Shown: piece by piece, positions 49,560 to 56,735 of the stretch
How positions within the stretch are numbered: the first letter of the stretch is position 1
How the letters are laid out: each line of letters starts with the position of its first letter
Assembly: GCF_041662865.1 (NCBI RefSeq)
Contig: NZ_JBAZRL010000005.1
Coordinates: 61,351-125,350, forward strand
From: Pedobacter sp.
Lineage (GTDB): Bacteria; Bacteroidota; Bacteroidia; Sphingobacteriales; Sphingobacteriaceae
Reading direction: 5' to 3'
Length of the DNA: 64,000 nt
Notes under the pieces: model-generated
Told to the model about the DNA's origin: nothing
Databases searched by the model: none
Seen by the model: only the letters and a program-made list of their open reading frames with translations
Program-made: the position numbers and the translations under genes

Positions 49560-49652
49560 AAGCAATCTTTACATCTATTAAATTCTTGTTGGTTGCAGTA
49601 CAATAGATTGCTTCATTACAAAACACAACCCCAGCTTCAGTTCGCAATGACG
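49560..49652. repeat. REP-like element with truncated left arm
   Basis: AGCAATCT (49561-49568) pairs with AGATTGCT (49605-49612); right end TCGCAATGACG (49642-49652); no matching left GTCATTGCGA. Confidence 0.65.
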
Positions 49653-49721
49653 AATAATTTAAATTTTCAGTTTTCTTTACTATCTTGTTAAAGTACTTTA
49701 ACCTGAAATTGATGAATTGCT

Positions 49722-50192
49722 TCATTTTTTATCAAATAAGTTAAAGTTATTTTTTTCTAATGAGGAAATAACTTTCTTAATTGTGCGGAGATAATAATAG
49801 GTGTGCGCAAAGCCCCATATAATGTACCAATTAAAAGTGTAGTATTTTTTCAAATTCATATCGTAAATAACTGGAATTTCACGTTCACCAATAGTAGATC
49901 TCATTGATCTTTTACTAAATTTAATAGCTGATGGATCAATAGCTTGACCCACTATAATATTAATATATACTGTTAGAGAATATTCCGATTTTCCATGGAC
50001 AGCTCTGATAAAGCCCGTTGCCGCTGAGGTAAATCCTCTTACATAAGCCTCATCTATTAACTTATCTGTTTTAGCAACAATTAAGATAAGTTTTAAGTCA
50101 TACCCGTAAAAGGGTTTTTTATACCCTAACAATGCAACATCTGCTGTTGTACCAAAAATCTGTACGTTTTCAGCAATTTTTTGTTGTTCCAT
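49722..50192 (-). CDS. Hypothetical protein (156 aa)
   Basis: Open frame with ATG; alpha/beta-like pattern; no motif I can name. Confidence 0.65.
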   Translation of the reverse strand: MEQQKIAENVQIFGTTADVALLGYKKPFYGYDLKLILIVAKTDKLIDEAYVRGFTSAATGFIRAVHGKSEYSLTVYINIIVGQAIDPSAIKFSKRSMRSTIGEREIPVIYDMNLKKYYTFNWYIIWGFAHTYYYLRTIKKVISSLEKNNFNLFDKK

Positions 50193-50486
50193 TTAACTAA
50201 TGTACAAGTTATCATCGAGAACAATTTAAAATGTTATCTAATGATTAATTATCTTGTATGAATTAAGCTTTTATCGGTTAGTGTCTCCATAACCGAAATC
50301 CAATCAGCATTTTAAGTCTTTCTAAGTTTGCAACCTTGATATATTATAAGTTTAAACATAGAATTAGTTTAAATTGTCAAATATTTTATAGCCTTAGGGG
50401 TAAAACTTTCTTTTAAAGTGTCTTTAGCAATTGCACTGAAAAGTGTGCTATGTATTCATATTTTATGTATAAGTTGCTCTTAGTTC

Positions 50487-50553
50487 CTTCGGAGTTTGTT
50501 CGGAGCTTCTTCGGAGTTTGTTCGGAGTTAGTACGGTTAATTCCGAACAAACT
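50487..50553. repeat. 11-bp-phased TTCGGAG tetramer with an inverted copy
   Basis: TTCGGAG at 50488, 50499, 50510, 50521; TCCGAACAAACT (50542-50553) is the reverse complement of 50515-50526. Confidence 0.9.
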
Positions 50554-50704
50554 GCGTTTTAAGTGCGAATGAAGTATGAATGAAAGATTAAGCTGTTATA
50601 GAAATGACTTTACTCTTTTTCCAAATTATTAGCATTTTATATTGCTTGTTGTAACTTCTTTTTGCATCTCTAATGCCAAATAGAGCTAATCTTTTTTTAT
50701 ACTT

Positions 50705-50814
50705 CGTCATCTCGACTGGAGCAACGCGGAATGGAGAGATCTTTCTAGATGCAATATTTAAAGAATTTTAGCTTTTGCTGATTGCTGCGGGTTCTCCACT
50801 AGCTCGGAATGACG
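50705..50814. repeat. REP-like element (GTCAT...ATGAC family)
   Basis: CGTCATCTCGAC...GAGAGATCT left arm; GGGTTCTCCAC...CTCGGAATGACG right arm. Confidence 0.75.
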
Positions 50815-50847
50815 GAAAAAACTTAACAGAAAATTAACATATACCGT

Positions 50848-50879
50848 TTTGGTTTTTGGTTCATAATAAGCTATATTTG
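50848..50879 (+). promoter_or_regulatory. Canonical Bacteroidota -33/-7 promoter
   Basis: TTTG (50848-50851)-N20-TATATTTG (50872-50879). Confidence 0.72.
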
Positions 50880-50902
50880 TATAATTATCAACACAAAACG
50901 TC

Positions 50903-51013
50903 ATGAGTAAAGAAACTTTAGAAATCTCTGTAATGGTTGATGAACAATTTGATATGAGCTTTAACTTAGTAGAAGGCATTTTTGGATTAATCCTTAAAAT
51001 CTTTGGGAAGTAA
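50903..51013 (+). CDS. Unannotated 36-aa small protein with amphipathic C-terminal helix
   Basis: MSKETLEISVMVDEQFDMSFNLVEGIFGLILKIFGK*; canonical promoter 23 nt upstream, A-rich leader. Confidence 0.55.
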   Translation: MSKETLEISVMVDEQFDMSFNLVEGIFGLILKIFGK

Positions 51014-51188
51014 GAAAGTCAGTTGATTGTTTAGCTATGATAACGAGTTGCTCAAGCCCGAATGGGAAAATATGCTTTAGTTTTTTTAACCACTGATTAA
51101 TAGATCGCTCTTTCTTTAACTTTCCCTTACGCTTTTATCCTATAGTCTTTCTGCTTTACTCTTTTAGGTTTTACTTATATTTGCAACA

Positions 51189-52622
51189 ATGAGTAGAAAT
51201 AGAAAAAATGCTGAGCCAATTCGAATTTCAGGACTGAGTATTATTGACATTGCCGAAGAGGGAAAGGGTGTTGGCAAAGCTGATGAATTAGTCATTTTTG
51301 TTGATAAAGCCGTTCCTGGTGATGTGGTTGATGTGCGTATAGTGAAGAAGAAAAAGAACTTCGCAGAAGCAATTGTTGAACACATTCAAACTCCATCAGA
51401 ACTGCGTCAAGATCCTTTTTGCAGTCATTTTGGCACATGTGGTGGGTGCAAATGGCAACACATGGAGTACGATGCACAATTGAAGTTCAAACACAAAAAT
51501 GTTGAAGCCGCCTTACAGCGCTTAGCAAAAATTGATACCTCTGCAATGGAACCGATTTTAGGTTCGGCAGTTAATAGATATTACAGAAACAAATTAGAAT
51601 ATACTTTTTCGAACAAGCGGTGGCTAAATGCTACCGACATGGAATTTGAAGCGGAAGGCAGAGAAATGAACGCTTTGGGTTTTCATGTTCCATTACGTTT
51701 TGATAAGATTTTAGATATTGAACATTGCTATTTACAAGCCGAGCCGAGCAATAGTTTGCGTTTAAGAGTTCGAGAATATGCATTAAAAAACGGATTGAGT
51801 TTTTACGATTTACGCAATCACGAAGGTGCGCTACGTAATTTAATTATTAGAACTTCGTCAACCGGAGAAGTGATGGTTGTTGTGGTTTTCGCTTATGCGG
51901 AGCAAGATCAAATTAAAGGTTTAATGGAACATTTAAAAGTTTCATTTCCTGAAATTACCGCTTTGCTTTATATCGAAAATCAGAAAAAGAACGATACTAT
52001 TTTTGACCAAGAAGTAATTACATATTCAGGGAGAGATCACATTTTTGAGCAAATGCCTGTGGAGAATGGGGGCGTAGTTAAGTTTAAAATTGGGGCGAAA
52101 TCTTTTTATCAAACCAACTCCGAGCAAGCATACGAATTATATAAAATAACAAAGGAGTTTGCCGGTTTTAAAGGTGATGAATTGGTGTATGATTTATACA
52201 CTGGCGCTGGAACTATTGCTAACTTTATTGCAGGTAGTGTAAAACAAGTAATAGGTATTGAGTATGTGCCAACGGCGATAGAAGATGCTAAATTTAATGC
52301 ATCGCTTAATGGAATTGAGAATACCATTTTCTACGCTGGAGATATGAAAGACATTTTAACAGGTCATTTTATTGCAGAACATGGCAAGCCCGATGTAGTG
52401 ATTACTGATCCGCCGAGAGCTGGAATGCATACAGATGTGGTAGAGCGTTTACTAGAAATGGAAGCCGAAAAAATTGTGTACGTAAGCTGTAATGCAGCTA
52501 CGCAGGCTCGTGATTTAGCGCTGTTAAAAGAAAAATATGATGTAGTGCGTATTAAGCCAGTAGATATGTTTCCGCATACACAGCATGTAGAAAATGTAGT
52601 TTTATTACAACTGAAATCATGA
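51189..52622 (+). CDS. rlmD: 23S rRNA m5U1939 methyltransferase
   Basis: TRAM domain, CSHFGTCGGC Fe-S motif, DLYTGAGTI, DPPRAG, YVSCN, DMFPHT.HVE. Confidence 0.95.
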   Translation: MSRNRKNAEPIRISGLSIIDIAEEGKGVGKADELVIFVDKAVPGDVVDVRIVKKKKNFAEAIVEHIQTPSELRQDPFCSHFGTCGGCKWQHMEYDAQLKFKHKNVEAALQRLAKIDTSAMEPILGSAVNRYYRNKLEYTFSNKRWLNATDMEFEAEGREMNALGFHVPLRFDKILDIEHCYLQAEPSNSLRLRVREYALKNGLSFYDLRNHEGALRNLIIRTSSTGEVMVVVVFAYAEQDQIKGLMEHLKVSFPEITALLYIENQKKNDTIFDQEVITYSGRDHIFEQMPVENGGVVKFKIGAKSFYQTNSEQAYELYKITKEFAGFKGDELVYDLYTGAGTIANFIAGSVKQVIGIEYVPTAIEDAKFNASLNGIENTIFYAGDMKDILTGHFIAEHGKPDVVITDPPRAGMHTDVVERLLEMEAEKIVYVSCNAATQARDLALLKEKYDVVRIKPVDMFPHTQHVENVVLLQLKS

Positions 52623-53185
52623 AAAAATATTGGATTTATTTAGTAGTAATTGCTGTATTGGCTGCCTGTAAAGGCAATGTTAAAACTGAAGCAAGGTCTG
52701 TAAAAGAGATTGATTCGGCAAAAGCAAAAATGATAGTTGATAGCACAAAACAAGTGGTAGATACTATTTTACTAAGTAAAACTGATACAGCATTTGTGGT
52801 TAAAAATAAACTAATTAAAGATGATATTGGCGATAAGCAAAAGCAATACATCATCCAGCTGTTTTTTACAAATGAGCATTGGCCAATATTAATTTATAAA
52901 AATGCAATTGGCGCAGATGTGGCCTTAGCAGGAGATTTAAATGGTGATAATCAGCCTGAATTATTACTAAGGCCCGAATGGTTTAGCAGTTGTTGGTCAA
53001 GTGTCAACTTGTTTTCACTAAAAAATAATGAATGGAAATTAGTTAAAAAAGGCAGCATGTATTTTTGTTCGGATAAATATCCACTACCTAAAAGAATTGT
53101 GAAAACCGATAAAGGTTATGGCTTATTAACAGATAGCTTAACCGACGATAAATTTATTACCCTAAAAAAAGAAATCAAGTTTTAA
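52619..53185 (+). CDS. Hypothetical lipoprotein
   Basis: Lipobox LAAC; FG-GAP-like GDLNGDNQPELL loop. Confidence 0.75.
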   Translation: MKKYWIYLVVIAVLAACKGNVKTEARSVKEIDSAKAKMIVDSTKQVVDTILLSKTDTAFVVKNKLIKDDIGDKQKQYIIQLFFTNEHWPILIYKNAIGADVALAGDLNGDNQPELLLRPEWFSSCWSSVNLFSLKNNEWKLVKKGSMYFCSDKYPLPKRIVKTDKGYGLLTDSLTDDKFITLKKEIKF

Positions 53186-53188
53186 GAT

Positions 53189-53602
53189 ATGGAGAGTGAA
53201 GAGTTATTGGGCAATTTAAGCTCTGATGAGAATGGGACACCAAAAAAAGAAAAGAAAAGTCCGTTAGTAAGTTTAGAAAAAGACCTAACATTTTATGCGG
53301 ATTCGATTAAGGAAGTAGCAGTAGAAATTATGATGGAAGGAATTTCCTTAAATCCGATTTTTATTGCACACCAACACGAAGTAAGTATAGGTGAAGTAAT
53401 TTTAAATAAAGCAGATTTAAATACCGATTGGACAATCCAAGCATCAACGTTAGAAGAATTTATTCAGAAAGGAATTATTCATCCTGATAAGAAAGAACAA
53501 TTTTTAAAAACCTACAAAAAGCCAGAAAACTACATGTGTGTTTTTGTGGTAGTTCCAGAAGGAGCAAACTTTGTTTATTATCCTTATCCCAAAGGGAAGT
53601 AG
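53189..53602 (+). CDS. Conserved hypothetical protein
   Basis: Open 137-aa frame 3 nt after the upstream gene; ends VVVPEGANFVYYPY. Confidence 0.75.
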   Translation: MESEELLGNLSSDENGTPKKEKKSPLVSLEKDLTFYADSIKEVAVEIMMEGISLNPIFIAHQHEVSIGEVILNKADLNTDWTIQASTLEEFIQKGIIHPDKKEQFLKTYKKPENYMCVFVVVPEGANFVYYPYPKGK

Positions 53603-53672
53603 GTTGAGAGTTGCTTTTAAAGCTATAGAAGGTAATTATCGCATTAAGATTAGCTGCGCTGAGCACTTCGTA

Positions 53673-53696
53673 GTTCCCGCTCTCGCGAGAATGACG
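53673..53696. repeat. REP-like half element
   Basis: GTTCCC-N8-GAGAATGACG, a small hairpin with the ATGAC end. Confidence 0.55.
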
Positions 53697-53704
53697 CAAA
53701 ATGC

Positions 53705-53738
53705 AAAAGCCAATAGTGCATCCACACTATTGGCTTTT
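53705..53738. terminator. Bidirectional terminator between convergent genes
   Basis: 14-bp perfect stem AAAAGCCAATAGTG / CACTATTGGCTTTT, 6-nt loop. Confidence 0.85.
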
Positions 53739-53769
53739 CCTTTAAACTAAAAACTAAACTAAAATTGTA

Positions 53770-54480
53770 CTAATTCACGTGATTAACATCGCCACTTTTT
53801 GAAGAAGTGGTTTTCTTTAATGACGCATTTCCTTTATAATTTACATCGCTACCGCCACTTGCGCCAGCTTCTAATCCTTTGTTTACATAAATATTAGCAT
53901 CAGAACCACCGCTCACGCTTACTTTAGCGTAATTTACGATGTAGCTAAAAGCATCAACATCACTACCACCACTCGCATTTAATTGCATATTTTCTCCACT
54001 ACCTGTTAAATCTGCATCAGAACCACCACTCACATTTACCGTTAAATCTTTACATGCTAACGTTAATTTAAGATCCGAACCACCGCTACCTCTTACATTC
54101 AGCACATCGGTTTTTAAGGTGTTTTGAGTGTACACATCAGAACCGCCACTTGCAGTTAAGCTTTTTAGCGTTTTAAAATTCACATACACTTTAATGCTTT
54201 GGTTTCTAAATAACCTGGTCCAATTCACACCTTCCTTATATTTAATGGTAACAGCGCTTCCACTTTGCTCAACAATAACATCTTTAATTAAATCATTATC
54301 ACCTTTTATAGTCAAAGTTTCGCTAGTGCCTTGTGTTAAATACAAATCTATTCCACTACTTACCGTTAGTGAATTAAAATTTTTCACACCTACATTTTTG
54401 CTTTGTGCTTGGGTGTTTATATAACTTAAAAGGGCAATTGCTACTAAACACGCCGATTTGGGTAAACTGCTAAATTTCAT
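53770..54480 (-). CDS. Head GIN-domain (DUF2807) beta-helix protein
   Basis: Signal peptide; F..L.VSSGIDLYLTQG; repeated (A/V)SGGSD turns at about 19-aa spacing. Confidence 0.88.
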   Translation of the reverse strand: MKFSSLPKSACLVAIALLSYINTQAQSKNVGVKNFNSLTVSSGIDLYLTQGTSETLTIKGDNDLIKDVIVEQSGSAVTIKYKEGVNWTRLFRNQSIKVYVNFKTLKSLTASGGSDVYTQNTLKTDVLNVRGSGGSDLKLTLACKDLTVNVSGGSDADLTGSGENMQLNASGGSDVDAFSYIVNYAKVSVSGGSDANIYVNKGLEAGASGGSDVNYKGNASLKKTTSSKSGDVNHVN

Positions 54481-54508
54481 AATTTATTTTTTAAGGGTTG
54501 TATTCATT

Positions 54509-54535
54509 AGACGCAGTTGACTGGGTAAACGTTGC
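54509..54535 (-). promoter_or_regulatory. ECF-sigma-type promoter for the GIN-domain gene
   Basis: GCAAC-N17-CGTCT on the minus strand. Confidence 0.6.
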
Positions 54536-54614
54536 AAGAAATTGAAATTATTTTTTTATTTGATTTTGAGGCTTAAAATCGTTCTTTTGTACAGTACAAT
54601 AAAAGCGCTTAGCC

Positions 54615-55124
54615 ATGCCCGAAAATCAAGTACTTATTTTAGATAAACAGCAAATCGAACAAAAGATTAATCGGATTGCGTATCAGATTTTGGAAGATAA
54701 TTTAGAGGAAAAGGAAATAGTATTGGCTGGTATTTGGGATCGTGGATATAAACTTGCTTTGCGTTTAAAAACGGTACTCCAAGAAATCGCAAGTTTTAAA
54801 GTAACTATGCTTCGTGTAGATCTCGAAAAACAAAATAGCAAATTAGTTGCGAAAACAGATTTACAGGAAACAGAATGGAAAAATAAAGTAATTATTTTAG
54901 TTGATGACGTGCTAAACAGCGGTAAAACGTTAGCCTATGGATTAGGCGTTTTCTTAAATACACCACACAAAAAAATTCGCACAGTAGTATTAGTCGATAG
55001 AAGTCATAAAATTTTTCCAATTGCTACAGATTTTGTAGGATTAGAGCTTTCTACCATTTTAAAAGAACACGTAGATGTAGTGATGGATGTAGCAGGAGAG
55101 GAAGATCGAGTTTATTTGAGCTAA
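54615..55124 (+). CDS. Phosphoribosyltransferase, PyrR-like
   Basis: RIAYQI.E, ILVDDVLNSGKT PRPP loop, VLVDR.H..FPI..DFVG. Confidence 0.85.
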   Translation: MPENQVLILDKQQIEQKINRIAYQILEDNLEEKEIVLAGIWDRGYKLALRLKTVLQEIASFKVTMLRVDLEKQNSKLVAKTDLQETEWKNKVIILVDDVLNSGKTLAYGLGVFLNTPHKKIRTVVLVDRSHKIFPIATDFVGLELSTILKEHVDVVMDVAGEEDRVYLS

Positions 55125-55176
55125 TAGCGAGATGAATAAATTTGCAAATCAGCCCAATTTTTTGCAATTTCCCTAA

Positions 55177-55800
55177 ATGTATCATTCTCGTAAAAATGGT
55201 TTTATCTTTCATTGTTATTCTTGGTATATCAATTATATCTTAAAGAAAGATTTCTCTGCTTTTACCCATAATCAGCTTGTTATTAAGGATGATGAAGCAG
55301 TTTTGCTATTGGCGAATCGTTTCAGTTGGTGGGATGGTTTTATGCTGTTTCAACTCAATAAAAAAGTATTTAAAAAACAGTTTCACGCCCTTGTTACCAC
55401 AGACGATTATAAACAATTGAATTATTTAAAATATTTTGGCTGTTTTGCTCCAGAAAATAAGGGGAAAGATGTGCTGGAAACCTTACTATATGCAGGTTCT
55501 TTATTGGATGATCCAAAAAACTTAGTGCTGATCTTCCCGCAAGGAAAAATCAAATCATCTTATGTAGATTCGATTGCATTCGAAAAAGGAGTGATGCAGT
55601 TAATAAATGCTTCTAAAAAGAAATTTCAAACTGTGTTTTCGGTTATCCTTACTGATTATTTTAACAACAGAAAACCTATAGCTAAAGCGTATTTAGCCAG
55701 CTGGCAAGCCGAAGAATATATAAGTTTGCAATTGCTTAAAAGCGAATACAACAAACATTATGACGCTGCGATTTTAAAACAAACACAAAAAGCATCTTAA
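55177..55800 (+). CDS. Lysophospholipid acyltransferase family protein (Hx4D His replaced by Arg)
   Basis: NRFSWWD block I, FGCF, LIFPQG block III. Confidence 0.8.
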   Translation: MYHSRKNGFIFHCYSWYINYILKKDFSAFTHNQLVIKDDEAVLLLANRFSWWDGFMLFQLNKKVFKKQFHALVTTDDYKQLNYLKYFGCFAPENKGKDVLETLLYAGSLLDDPKNLVLIFPQGKIKSSYVDSIAFEKGVMQLINASKKKFQTVFSVILTDYFNNRKPIAKAYLASWQAEEYISLQLLKSEYNKHYDAAILKQTQKAS

Positions 55801-55859
55801 GCTTTAAATTCTCATGCTCTTTTTGTGTATTTTTGTAGGTGTAATTGTGGTAATTTAAA

Positions 55860-56711
55860 ATGGAATACAATTTAAACGTAACAATCGATAAATCTTCTGG
55901 CTTTTGCTTTGGTGTAGTATATGCGATAGATATGGCTGAAGACATTTTAGATAATGAGGAATATCTGTATTGTTTGGGCGATATTGTACATAATGACGAA
56001 GAAGTTGAGCGCCTAAAAGCAAAAGGACTTCGTATTATAGATCACGAACAATTGCATCAGCTTTCTAATGAAAAAGTATTAATTAGAGCACATGGCGAAG
56101 CACCTTCAACCTATCAATTAGCTTTAAATAATAACTTAACGTTAATCGATGCTTCTTGTCCTGTAGTTTTAAAATTGCAAAATCGCATCAAAAACTCACA
56201 TGATGATAATGAACAAATTCTCATTTTTGGTAAACATGGCCATGCAGAAGTTATAGGTTTACAAGGGCAAACTAATGGAAAAGCAATTGTTTTTCAGGAT
56301 TTAGCAGAGCTAGATGAAATGGAATTACCTAATAAGTTCACTTTGTATAGTCAAACTACTAAAAGCACAGATAAATTCTATCAAATTAAAGATGAATTAT
56401 TGAATAGAGGTTATGATGTAAAAGCAAACGATACCATTTGCCGACAAGTTTCTAATCGATATGAAGAGTTAGAAAAATTTGTAGCAGACTTTGATAAAAT
56501 TATATTCGTATCAGGCAAAAAGTCATCGAATGGAAAAGTTTTATATGATGTTTGTAAAAAGTACAACACCAACTCTTACTTTATTTCTAATGTCGAAGAA
56601 TTGGATAAAAGTTGGTTTGCACCAAATGATAAAATTGGTATTTGTGGTGCAACTTCTACACCAATGTGGCTGATGGAACTTGTTAAATCCGAGTTAGAAA
56701 AACTCTCGTAA
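55860..56711 (+). CDS. ispH: 4-hydroxy-3-methylbut-2-enyl diphosphate reductase
   Basis: GFCFGV, IVHN, RAHG, DASCP, HAEV, SQTT, TICRQ, SSN, GATSTP. Confidence 0.97.
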   Translation: MEYNLNVTIDKSSGFCFGVVYAIDMAEDILDNEEYLYCLGDIVHNDEEVERLKAKGLRIIDHEQLHQLSNEKVLIRAHGEAPSTYQLALNNNLTLIDASCPVVLKLQNRIKNSHDDNEQILIFGKHGHAEVIGLQGQTNGKAIVFQDLAELDEMELPNKFTLYSQTTKSTDKFYQIKDELLNRGYDVKANDTICRQVSNRYEELEKFVADFDKIIFVSGKKSSNGKVLYDVCKKYNTNSYFISNVEELDKSWFAPNDKIGICGATSTPMWLMELVKSELEKLS

Positions 56712-56735
56712 GTACCTCCGAAAAATCATTATTAA

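Noticed and set aside
49516-49725. 69-aa minus-strand ORF
   Set aside because: Spans the REP-like element and overlaps the convergent NMO 3' end; no coding features
50193-50486. Possible degraded small ORF or ncRNA in the AT-rich stretch (includes a TCGGTTA/TAACCGA 7-bp hairpin)
   Set aside because: All minus-strand frames I read are interrupted by stops within about 30 codons, and a single short hairpin is not enough evidence
50487-50527. TTCGGAG repeats as a CRISPR array
   Set aside because: Units are 7-19 bp with 3-4 nt gaps, there are no unique spacers, and no cas genes are present
50758-50979. 73-aa minus-strand ORF in the track
   Set aside because: Its C-terminus is read from the REP-like element, and it is antisense to the better-supported promoter plus 36-aa ORF
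53770-54200. Recurring GGSD-coding DNA repeats
   Set aside because: Explained by the beta-helix repeats of the GIN domain
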